Shown: positions 8,399-16,790 of the stretch, in pieces
Numbering within the stretch: position 1 is the first letter of the stretch
Layout of the letters: every line of letters starts with the position of its first letter
Assembly: GCA_043779265.1 (NCBI GenBank)
Contig: JAYWEM010000077.1
Span: 1-23,353, forward strand
DNA length: 23,353 nucleotides
Reading direction: 5' to 3'
Source of the DNA: a bacterium
GTDB taxonomy: Bacteria; Eisenbacteria; RBG-16-71-46
The notes under the pieces: generated by a model
The model's database searches: none
What the model was told of the DNA's origin: nothing
The model's input: the letters and a program-made list of their open reading frames with translations, nothing else
Program-made: the position numbers and the translations under genes

Positions 8399-10264
8399 TC
8401 AGTCACCGATCACCCCCAGAGAATCCGATCGAAGCGTGCGGGGAGGCGCCGGACGCGCCGGAGCGACGCGCGTGCTGTCGCCCAGCAATACGCGACGCAG
8501 CACGTGTCCGGCGACGGGCGCCGCGACGCTGCCGCCATGTCCACTGTTCTCGGCGACGACCGCGAGCGCGATCCTCGGCGCATCGGCCGGGGCATAGGCG
8601 ACGAAGAGTGCATGGTCATCCCCATGGGGATTCTGCGCGGTGCCCGTCTTCCCCGCGACGGCGACGCCCGCGACGCGGGCCGCACGAGCCGTACCGGCAT
8701 CGACCACGAGGCGCATCGCCTCGTGCACGACGTCCCAATTCGACTGGGCCGTCTGCACGCCCGACTCGATGGGCTTGCTGATTCGGAAGGACGGAACCCC
8801 CTCGACCTCGCGCACGACATGGGGCCGGATGGGCGTGCCTCCGTTGGCGATGATCGCGGTCATGGTCGCCAGTTGCAGCGGCGACGTCAGCAACTCGCCC
8901 TGTCCGATACTCAAGTTGAGCAGGATGCCGCGCGGCCATGTGCCCCGCTTGTAGCGCTTGTCATACCAGGCCCGATCGGGGACGAGTCCGCGCGTCTCAG
9001 CTGGCAGGTCGATCCCGGTCTTCTCGCCGAGGCTGAATGCACGCGCGGTGGACTCGATCCTGTCCAATCCCAGCTTGAGGCCGAGCTGATAGAAGTAGAC
9101 GTCGCAGGAGTGCTGCAGCGCCCCGACGGTGTTCACACTGCCGTGCCCGGTCCGGAGCCAGCAGCCGAAGCGCCGACCGCCGAAGAAGTAGCCTCCCGAG
9201 CACCCGACCGGGAAGCGCGTCTCGCCGTCGATGAGATCGTCCCGCAACCCCGCCATGATGGTCACCATCTTGAACGTCGAGCCGGGCGGATAAGCGCTCT
9301 GGATGGCGCGATTGAGCAGCGGGTAGGCGCCGTCGCGATTGATCTCCTTCCACCTCGCGCTCGAGATGCCCACGGCGAACTCGTTGGGGTCGAACGCGGG
9401 CTTGCTCACCATGGCCAGGACGCCGCCATCGCGCGGATCGAGCACGACCGCTGCGCCGCGTTCGATGCCCGACATCGCCGCCTCGAGCGCCATCTGGATG
9501 TCGACATCGATCGTCAGCGTGAGGCCGTGTCCGGGAACGGGAAGCCGCGGCGGGCCCTCGGAGAGCGTCGCGACGCGCTTACCCATCGCGTTCACCACCA
9601 CGAACTCGGCGCCGTCGACTCCGCGGAGCACATCCTCGTAGCGTCGCTCGAGCCCGGTCTTGCCGATCAGGTCACCGCTGCGATAGCCGCGGTCGGGACG
9701 GTCCGCAAGCTCGCTCTCATTGATCTGCCCGGCATAGCCGAGCAACTGGGCCATCATCGTGCCCGCGGGATAGTGGCGGATCGGCGAGACCAGCACATCG
9801 ATGCCCGGCAGATCGCTGCGGTACTCCTCGACTGCCGCCATCACCCCATAGGGCGCGGCGCGACGCAGCACGGCCGTCTGTCCGGACCGATTGGCCTCGC
9901 GGACCCGGCGCCTGACGCCGGCCGTGTCGTCCTCGATCAGCGCCGCAACGCGCGTCAGCCACTCGGGTGCGATCACCGAGCGAGCTCGCGTCAGACTCTC
10001 GGCGGGAAGCGGCCGGAACACGATGTCGAAGCTCGGCTGACTGTCGGCCAAGAGGCGGCCGCTTCGATCGCGGATCACGCCGCGCGGGGCACGCAGGATG
10101 TCGAGCCGGATACGATTCTGATCGGCGAGCCGAGCCAACTCCTCGTGCTCCACGACCTGGAGCCGGAGCAGCCCGAGCAGGATGAGCGCGAAGCCCGCGA
10201 GTGCGATCGCACCGAGGGCTGCATGTCGCTGATCGCGGTCGTTAGGAAGAGGACCTTGAGGCAT
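8399..10264 (-). CDS. mrdA: Penicillin-binding protein 2 (class B transpeptidase), 621 aa
   Basis: N-terminal TM helix, APRGVIRDR, RHYP and GKTGLE. Catalytic motifs STFK, SCD and KTGT. mreBCD-rodA context. Confidence 0.96.
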   Translation of the reverse strand: MPQGPLPNDRDQRHAALGAIALAGFALILLGLLRLQVVEHEELARLADQNRIRLDILRAPRGVIRDRSGRLLADSQPSFDIVFRPLPAESLTRARSVIAPEWLTRVAALIEDDTAGVRRRVREANRSGQTAVLRRAAPYGVMAAVEEYRSDLPGIDVLVSPIRHYPAGTMMAQLLGYAGQINESELADRPDRGYRSGDLIGKTGLERRYEDVLRGVDGAEFVVVNAMGKRVATLSEGPPRLPVPGHGLTLTIDVDIQMALEAAMSGIERGAAVVLDPRDGGVLAMVSKPAFDPNEFAVGISSARWKEINRDGAYPLLNRAIQSAYPPGSTFKMVTIMAGLRDDLIDGETRFPVGCSGGYFFGGRRFGCWLRTGHGSVNTVGALQHSCDVYFYQLGLKLGLDRIESTARAFSLGEKTGIDLPAETRGLVPDRAWYDKRYKRGTWPRGILLNLSIGQGELLTSPLQLATMTAIIANGGTPIRPHVVREVEGVPSFRISKPIESGVQTAQSNWDVVHEAMRLVVDAGTARAARVAGVAVAGKTGTAQNPHGDDHALFVAYAPADAPRIALAVVAENSGHGGSVAAPVAGHVLRRVLLGDSTRVAPARPAPPRTLRSDSLGVIGD

Positions 10265-10748
10265 GTCGACTCGGGCGGCGCCCGAAGAGGAGATGGAACA
10301 CGCTCAGGACGAGCGTGCCGACGACCGTCGAGACGATCGTGGCCACGAGCATCCTCGCGGCGAGGAACATCGGGCCCGCGGTGCCCTCGGCGAGGTCGAA
10401 CACCGACACCCAGCCCTGATGCACCGCCGTGGCTGCGGCCACCAGCACGAGTAGCGTGCGGGCGCTGTCGCGCACGAACGTGTTGGAGAGTCGCCCGACG
10501 GCGTAGCCGATGAGCGAGAGAGCGAGCGCGTGGCGCCCCAGCCAATGAGCCGTGTCGAGATCGGCTGCCAGCCCGAGCAGGAATCCGAACGTCGCGCCCC
10601 AGGCATCACCATGCCGCAGCGCCCACGCCACGGTCGCGATCGCGAGCACGTCGAGCACGATGCCTCGCGCCGAGAGCATCGGGAGCATGGTGGAACGAAG
10701 CAGCAGCACGACGAACGACAGCAGCAGCAACCCGGCCACGGGTCTCAT
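10242..10748 (-). CDS. mreD: Rod shape-determining protein MreD, 168 aa
   Basis: Small, very hydrophobic protein with a GFLLGLAADL motif, between mreC and mrdA. ATGA overlap with mreC. Confidence 0.88.
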   Translation of the reverse strand: MRPVAGLLLLSFVVLLLRSTMLPMLSARGIVLDVLAIATVAWALRHGDAWGATFGFLLGLAADLDTAHWLGRHALALSLIGYAVGRLSNTFVRDSARTLLVLVAAATAVHQGWVSVFDLAEGTAGPMFLAARMLVATIVSTVVGTLVLSVFHLLFGRRPSRHASRSSS

Positions 10749-11599
10749 CGTGTCCCCTTCACGGCGTCACGCGCGAGCCGCGGGGCCGGGGCGGCGTCCT
10801 CACCGGGCGCCATGGGGCCCGGTGCCACGAAGGCGTGTCGCAGCCGCGCGAAGCGGGCGGCCGCCTGCACCTCGATCTCCTGCATCAGCCCGGTCGGATC
10901 GGCCGAGACGCGTACGACGGTTCCGACGGGGAGGCCGCGCGGGAAGCGGACCGAGAGATCCGAGGTCACCACACGCTCGCCCACGCGCACGGTGTCCGAG
11001 AGCGGGACCGCCGTCATGAGCAGGCGCGGCAGCGGATCCTGCGAATAGCGCAGCACACCGTAGACCCCGGTCGTCTCGATCTCACAGGCCACCGCGAGAT
11101 TCGGGTCGGACAGCAGCGAGGCTCGCGCCCGCACCCCCCAACTCTCGGTGACTCGACCGATCAAGCCATCGCTCGTCAGCACGGCGTCGCCCACCGAGAT
11201 CCTGCGTCCGCGGCCTGCTCGCAGCGTGATCGTCGCGGGCGGCGCTTCGCCGGAGAACGCGAGCACCTCCACGGGCGTGAGCGGCAGACCATGCCAGACA
11301 TCGAGGTCGAGTTGCGTGCGCATCACCTGATTCTCGGCACCGGCGCTGCGCAACCTCGCGTTCTCCGTCTCGAGCTGAGCCACTCGGGCGTGCAGCGTCG
11401 CGTTCTCGGTCCAGGCGCGCAGGGCGTTCGCGCCTGTCATCACGACACGATCGAAGGGATCGAAGATCGCGGCGCCGGCACCTCGCAACCATCCGGTCGG
11501 GAGTCGCTCTCCCACCACCAGCAGGAACAGCGAGAGCGCCGTGTAGGTCGCGACCATCACGACGCTGCGGCGCTCCGCGGGTGGCAGCAGGCTGGGCAA
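10745..11599 (-). CDS. mreC: Rod shape-determining protein MreC, 284 aa
   Basis: TM anchor, coiled coil (ENATLHARVAQLETENARL), GLIGRV and VVTSDLSVRFPRGLPVGTV. TTG start 3 nt after the mreB stop. Confidence 0.92.
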   Translation of the reverse strand: MPSLLPPAERRSVVMVATYTALSLFLLVVGERLPTGWLRGAGAAIFDPFDRVVMTGANALRAWTENATLHARVAQLETENARLRSAGAENQVMRTQLDLDVWHGLPLTPVEVLAFSGEAPPATITLRAGRGRRISVGDAVLTSDGLIGRVTESWGVRARASLLSDPNLAVACEIETTGVYGVLRYSQDPLPRLLMTAVPLSDTVRVGERVVTSDLSVRFPRGLPVGTVVRVSADPTGLMQEIEVQAAARFARLRHAFVAPGPMAPGEDAAPAPRLARDAVKGTR

Positions 11600-11602
11600 T
11601 CG

Positions 11603-12640
11603 TCAGTCCCGGTGCGCGCTCAGGATGACCTTCTCGTAGACCTCGAGGCTCTCGAGGATCTTGCCGGCCCCACGCACGACGCACGTGAGCGGATCCTGGG
11701 CGACGCGGATGTTGAGGTTGGTGACCTCGCGAAGCAGCAGATCGAGGCCACGGAGGAGCGCACCACCGCCCGTCATGTAGATGCCGCGATCGACGATATC
11801 AGCCGCCAGTTCCGGCGGCGTCCGCTCCAGCGACTCCCGGAGCGCATTGACGATCTGGCCCACCGGCTCCTGAAGCGCCTCGCGGATCTCGACACTGGAG
11901 ACGCGCAGCGTGCGCGGGATGCCGCGCACGAGATCACGTCCCTTGATCTCCATGTCCATCTCCTCGGGGAGCGGGAACGCGGAGCCGATCTCGATCTTGA
12001 TGCGCTCGGCGGTCTGCTCGCCGATGAGCATGTTGTAGGCCTTCTTCGCATAGTTCGCGATCGCCTCATCGAGCTCGTCGCCACCGGTGCGGATGCTGGT
12101 CTTGGTGACGATGCCGTTCAAGGCGATGACCGCGATCTCCGTCGTGCCACCTCCGATGTCGACGACCATGTTGCCGGTCGGCGTGTCGACGGGCAGGTCG
12201 ACACCGATCGCGGCGGCGATGGGCTCGGGAACGAGCAGCACCTCGCGGCAGCCGGCGCGCATCGCCGAGTCGATGACCGCTCGCATCTCGACCTGCGTGA
12301 TCCCCGAGGGGACGCAGATGATGATGCGGGGACGCACCAGGAACTTGTGCTTCTGCACTCGGTGCACGAACGTCCGGAGCAGGTGCTCGGTGACCTGGAA
12401 GTCGGCGATGACGCCGTCCTTGAGCGGACGGATCGCGTTGATCTCATCGGGAGTGCGGCCGAGCATGAGCTTGGCTTCGCTGCCCACCGCGAGGACGCGG
12501 TTGGTGGCCTTCTCCACAGCGACCACGGAGGGCTCGTTGAGAACGATGCCGCGGCCCTTGACCCACACGAGCGTGTTCGCCGTGCCCAGGTCCATGGCCA
12601 CATCCGTGGAGAAGAACCCCATCAGACTGTCGAGGAACAT
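11603..12640 (-). CDS. mreB: Actin-like rod shape-determining protein MreB, 345 aa
   Basis: Motifs DLGTANT, EPSVVA, RPLKDGVIADF, EPIAAAIG, VDIGGGTTE and TGGGALL. Confidence 0.98.
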   Translation of the reverse strand: MFLDSLMGFFSTDVAMDLGTANTLVWVKGRGIVLNEPSVVAVEKATNRVLAVGSEAKLMLGRTPDEINAIRPLKDGVIADFQVTEHLLRTFVHRVQKHKFLVRPRIIICVPSGITQVEMRAVIDSAMRAGCREVLLVPEPIAAAIGVDLPVDTPTGNMVVDIGGGTTEIAVIALNGIVTKTSIRTGGDELDEAIANYAKKAYNMLIGEQTAERIKIEIGSAFPLPEEMDMEIKGRDLVRGIPRTLRVSSVEIREALQEPVGQIVNALRESLERTPPELAADIVDRGIYMTGGGALLRGLDLLLREVTNLNIRVAQDPLTCVVRGAGKILESLEVYEKVILSAHRD

Positions 12641-12762
12641 CCTTGCCTCTCGTCGGGTCGGGTGACGCGCTGCGGTGAGGCCTCATCGAGTCGGTGTCGA
12701 AAGCGACGGACGAACGATGCAGAACCAGCGGGGTGGCGTCCGTGCACTCCCGGAACCGCCGC

Positions 12763-12792
12763 AAGCTAGCACCCCAACGCGGCGCGCGGCAA
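12763..12792 (-). promoter_or_regulatory. Candidate sigma70-type promoter of the mreB operon
   Basis: Minus strand TTGCCG-N18-TAGCTT with an extended TG (TGCTAGCTT), about 120 nt upstream of mreB. Confidence 0.5.
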
Positions 12793-12991
12793 CCGATTGG
12801 GCGAGTGAGCCGGGCCGCTCCCCGGCTCGCGAGGGCGAGCCTGGCCCGCCGCGATCCGCCTCAGTCCTCCTGGAACGGGAGCGATGCGCCGATGAGAGGG
12901 GTATGACATAGTGCGAGCCGCGCTGCAGGCCCGCCCAATGGGCGCCGTTGCGCCCTTCCGACGACCCCGAGGCCAGAGGCACTCTCCCGGC

Positions 12992-15130
12992 ATGTCGCGT
13001 CCTGGACGTCTTGTAGCGCTGTTCCTGCCGGTGTTGGTCTCACTGGGCGTCCACTCCAAGCCTGGACGAGCCCAGAGCCAACCCTCGGGGCGCTTCGCAT
13101 TCGCCGACACCACGCTGCTGAGGGACACCCTCGGAATCGGCTTCGACGGCCTGTTCCAGGTGGCTGACAGCCTGCAGGTGCTCCCGGATTCGGTGCGCGC
13201 GCTGATGATCCGCTACCGGCTCTCGATCCCCCGGCTCGTCTTCATGGTGGATAGCCTCGGGATGCCGATCGACTCGCTGGGCCCGGCGATCGAGCGCGAG
13301 CGGTTCAACCCGTTCGCGCAGCGACGCGAGGGCATGGCGCTCGCGAGGCGGAACTTCCGCTACTCGAGCGGCTACACGATCCAGCGGACGAGCACGTCCT
13401 GGACGAATGGCGGCGATTTCGATGTCACGCAGGGGGCCCTGTTCGTCCGCAACTTCACCAATACCCTGGTGGACCGCTATCGCGCCGGCGGAGTCGAGAG
13501 CATCCGGCAGACGAGGGACTCCAACACCGAGGCCGGCTGGTTCCTGAATCGCGAGATCTCGCTGGGAGGAAAGCTCAATCTGTCGCGCTTCTACACCAAG
13601 GATCCCTCGAGCACGTCCAACGAAGGCGAGGTGAAGAACGAGTTCCTCTTCTCATCGCGCTACAAGAGCGGGCCGGGTCGCAAGCTCGGTGCCGAACTCA
13701 ACGCGTCCGGCGGCTATCTCGACCTCTCCAACCGGCAACTCATCAAGCGTGGGCTCTCGGGCAGCATCGATGGTCGGCTGCGATTCCAGCGCGGCAGCGT
13801 CTTCTCGCATGACCTCTCGGGTAGCGTCAACGGCAACGCGTCCGCGACGAGGCGGCCCGAGGTCGCGGTCGGTCAGTTGGAGACGCGCGACCTCTCCACC
13901 AGCCTGCGCGGCGCCATGAACGTCTTCAGCAACAAGCCCGTCAGTCTCATCGTCAACTACAACCTGCGCCGTACACGCGTCGAGACGCCGACCGAGACGC
14001 TCAGCGTCAACCAGATCCTCACCTCCGGGCAGGGCGCGGATGCGACGGTGCGGATCCGGCAGGCGAACGACCGCTACGTCAATCTGACCGCCAATCTCGG
14101 ACGGAGCGGCCAACAGACCGGCACGCGAAGCGACCTGTCGATGAAAGCGGTGGGACGCTACGCGCTGGCCGGCTTCCAGATCGATGCCGACTACGGCGAC
14201 ACGCACGCCGAATCCGACTTCCCACGGCAGCGTCGCTCCTACGGCTATGTCGAGACCCAGGACGGCAACAGCGCCAACAGCACCGTGACCCGGCCCTTCG
14301 GCCCCAAGCTCGTGAGCAAACTCACCAGCGCCATCAGCCTGACCCGATACCGCTATGCGGCGACGGCCGATTCGGCAACGCCACCCGCGCCGAGGGACTC
14401 GTATCGGCAGAACTATCGCATCGAGCTGCTGTACAACCGGAGTCAGCGCCTCAACACGAGAGTGGCGCTTGACATCGGGCTGACACGATCGATCAACCTG
14501 CTGCCGCAGAGTGTCACGTCGAACAACGACACGCGTTCCTATCGCAGCGAGTGGAGCTGGAGCTACCGGATCCTGCGCGGGCTCACGGTGACGCAGACCA
14601 ACTCGCTCACGGCCGACTATCGCTTCTATCCCTTCGCCGAGTCGCGCAACGACGTTTCGCTCGACTACAACACGATCACCAACTTCTCGACCGTGCTCAC
14701 CCCCCGACTGACACTCGACCTGCAGCACGTGGCGCGCGCCCAACCGAGGGGCAGCTATGTGCGCGAGGCCGATGGGTTCGAGTACTTCCAGCCGGCCGAT
14801 GAGAACCTGAGCTACACCCTGCGGGGTAACATCACCTACGCACCCAGCCCGGCACTGTCGCTGTCGCTGCGTCCCGAGTATCTGGCCACCGACCGCAACG
14901 GCACGCTGAACGGCGTGGAGACGCCCGAGCGCGCCAATCGGCGACTCAATTTCTCGGGTGGAGCGAATCTGAATGTGCCGGTGGGGGCCAAGGGCCTGCT
15001 CACGGGCAGCATCCAGCGCAGCTACAACGCCGATCGTTCGATCACCTTCGAGGGGGGGCGTCCCATTCCCAGCCCCCGCTCGGAGACCGACTTCTGGAAC
15101 GGGAGCCTCCAGTTCTCATGGCAACTCTGA
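12992..15130 (+). CDS. Uncharacterised large outer-membrane beta-barrel protein, ~712 aa
   Basis: Likely start ATG 12992 (MSRPGRLVALFLPVLVSLGVHSKPGRAQ, signal-like). About 590 residues of S/T/N/G/Y/R-rich amphipathic strands, ending in a beta-signal-like strand FWNGSLQFSWQL. Codon usage is host-like. Confidence 0.7.
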   Translation: MSRPGRLVALFLPVLVSLGVHSKPGRAQSQPSGRFAFADTTLLRDTLGIGFDGLFQVADSLQVLPDSVRALMIRYRLSIPRLVFMVDSLGMPIDSLGPAIERERFNPFAQRREGMALARRNFRYSSGYTIQRTSTSWTNGGDFDVTQGALFVRNFTNTLVDRYRAGGVESIRQTRDSNTEAGWFLNREISLGGKLNLSRFYTKDPSSTSNEGEVKNEFLFSSRYKSGPGRKLGAELNASGGYLDLSNRQLIKRGLSGSIDGRLRFQRGSVFSHDLSGSVNGNASATRRPEVAVGQLETRDLSTSLRGAMNVFSNKPVSLIVNYNLRRTRVETPTETLSVNQILTSGQGADATVRIRQANDRYVNLTANLGRSGQQTGTRSDLSMKAVGRYALAGFQIDADYGDTHAESDFPRQRRSYGYVETQDGNSANSTVTRPFGPKLVSKLTSAISLTRYRYAATADSATPPAPRDSYRQNYRIELLYNRSQRLNTRVALDIGLTRSINLLPQSVTSNNDTRSYRSEWSWSYRILRGLTVTQTNSLTADYRFYPFAESRNDVSLDYNTITNFSTVLTPRLTLDLQHVARAQPRGSYVREADGFEYFQPADENLSYTLRGNITYAPSPALSLSLRPEYLATDRNGTLNGVETPERANRRLNFSGGANLNVPVGAKGLLTGSIQRSYNADRSITFEGGRPIPSPRSETDFWNGSLQFSWQL

Positions 15131-15798
15131 TCAAGCGCCTCTTGACGCTCGGCTGCGTGGCACTCGCCTCGCTGACCGCGTCGTGCACGAATCCGTTCCG
15201 ACCGGCCGATCCGCCGCCGCCCTCGGGCAACGCCGTGGTCGAGAACTTCGCGACGCCGGCGGCCGTGCTCGAGACGATCGCCGACGCCATCCGCAACAAG
15301 GGTCCGAGCGGGCAGACGGCCTACGCCAATGCGTTCGCGGAGTCGACCGCGACCCGGCTCACGAGCCGGGCGTTCTACGCGTTCCACTTCCCCGCCGTGG
15401 TCGCCAATTGGCGTACGATCTCCCAGCGCGAACCCCCGAGTCCCTGGGATCTGACGCTGGAGCGCAACTTCTACAACTACCTCGTCGGCGTCTACGAGAC
15501 GTTCGACTACACGTTCGTCTGGGAGCGCGATTCGGGCTCTCCGAACGACGAGATCGACGACGCTTCGGGAACCGCACTGCTGCACCGCAAGTACACGCTC
15601 GTCGCCAGTTCGGAGAGCACGCTCGAGGTGAAGGTCATCGCCATCGGCTTCGTGGACCTCTTCCTCTACAAGGACAGCGGCCGTTGGGCGATCTACCGCT
15701 GGCAGGACCGGATCGACCCCCAGGTCGGGGTGACGCCAGTCGATCCCGATGAACTCTCGATGGGCGCGAGACGTCTCAACTCGCAGTCCGCACCGTAG
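15118..15798 (+). CDS. Uncharacterised lipoprotein (possible NTF2/SnoaL-like fold), 226 aa
   Basis: Signal peptide ending LTASC (Cys23), then TNPFRP and a Pro-rich tether. C-terminal WAIYRWQD. 13-nt overlap with the barrel gene. Confidence 0.72.
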   Translation: MATLIKRLLTLGCVALASLTASCTNPFRPADPPPPSGNAVVENFATPAAVLETIADAIRNKGPSGQTAYANAFAESTATRLTSRAFYAFHFPAVVANWRTISQREPPSPWDLTLERNFYNYLVGVYETFDYTFVWERDSGSPNDEIDDASGTALLHRKYTLVASSESTLEVKVIAIGFVDLFLYKDSGRWAIYRWQDRIDPQVGVTPVDPDELSMGARRLNSQSAP

Positions 15799-15806
15799 GA
15801 GGGGTG

Positions 15807-16646
15807 ATGGGAACGACCTCGAATCGAGCCTCGAGCACGAGGCGCCTGCTCGCCACGCTCGCATTGGCGCTGGCCGCCTGCGGCCTCGCGGGCTGTTTCA
15901 ACCCCTTCCAGCCCCTGATCTCCTCGAGCCGCGGCGTCTCGTCCCCGGCTCCCGTCCCGAACTCGCCGGCCAATGCGGTCAAGCTGATCGAGTGGTGCTT
16001 CAACAATCGCGACCCGGATGTCTATCGTGAGGTGTTCACGGATGACTACGTGTTCGTGTTCGGCTTGGCCGACACGGCCGGCAACGCGTATCGCGACCGG
16101 CCCTATCGCCGCGAGGACGAGCTGGCCTCGGCGACGAACCTTTTCGTGGGCGGCGGCGGCAGCCCGCCGGCCTCGCGCATCTCGCTGACGTTCAATCGGA
16201 CGCTGATCGCACTGGGTGACTCGCGTCCCGGCTCCAATCCCCGCTGGCATAAAACGATCCTGACCGACGTGAACCTGAGCGTGCAGATCAGTGAGGGTGA
16301 CAACCAGAGCAGCCTCGAGGTGACCGGCAAGGCACGCTACTACGTCGTCCGCGGCGATTCGGCCAGGATCCCCGACGAACTGGTCCAGAGAGGATTCCGC
16401 CCCGATTCGACGCGCTGGTGGGTGGAGCGCTGGGAGGACGAGACCCTTCCTTCGGGCTCGATCGTGTTCGACCCCGGAACCGTGCGTGTGAGGGCCGGGA
16501 ACAGCCCATCAGCGGCCGAGTCGGATGTGGTCATCCGGATGAGCATGGGAGAGTTCAAGGACCGCTACCGGTCGTTCCCGTTCGCCCAGGCGGCCGTCAC
16601 GGCGCTGGAACAGGCGAGACGCCAGCGAGGTCCACGCACTCGCTGA
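15807..16646 (+). CDS. Uncharacterised lipoprotein, paralog of the upstream gene, ~279 aa
   Basis: AGGAGG at 15797-15802 precedes ATG 15807 (GTG 15804 is also possible). Canonical lipobox LAGC, then FNPFQP, and WWVERWEDE near the C-terminus. Confidence 0.75.
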   Translation: MGTTSNRASSTRRLLATLALALAACGLAGCFNPFQPLISSSRGVSSPAPVPNSPANAVKLIEWCFNNRDPDVYREVFTDDYVFVFGLADTAGNAYRDRPYRREDELASATNLFVGGGGSPPASRISLTFNRTLIALGDSRPGSNPRWHKTILTDVNLSVQISEGDNQSSLEVTGKARYYVVRGDSARIPDELVQRGFRPDSTRWWVERWEDETLPSGSIVFDPGTVRVRAGNSPSAAESDVVIRMSMGEFKDRYRSFPFAQAAVTALEQARRQRGPRTR

Positions 16647-16653
16647 GTGCCGG

Positions 16654-16682
16654 TTGAGGGTGTCCGGAGTGCCGCCTATACT
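16654..16682 (+). promoter_or_regulatory. Sigma70-type promoter for gdhA
   Basis: TTGAGG (16654-16659), 17-nt spacer, TATACT (16677-16682). Confidence 0.65.
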
Positions 16683-16790
16683 GCGCCCCGCCTCACTCAG
16701 TCGGAAGTGCAGCGCCCTCTCCGCCAGTCGGCGACCCGGAGGGCCGTGTCAGGTCATCGGCGCGCCACGATCGCGCGCCCGGAGGATTCC

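Noticed and set aside
8192..12769. Long plus-strand ORFs of 773 aa and 644 aa
   Set aside because: Antisense shadows of mrdA and mreC/mreB, expected with high GC3; no recognisable motifs.
12807..12828. Inverted repeat GAGCCGGG/CCCGGCTC in the mreB-barrel intergenic region
   Set aside because: An 8-bp GC-rich stem with no U-tract and no second copy; expected by chance.
13652..14743. 363-aa minus-strand ORF
   Set aside because: Antisense shadow of the beta-barrel gene.
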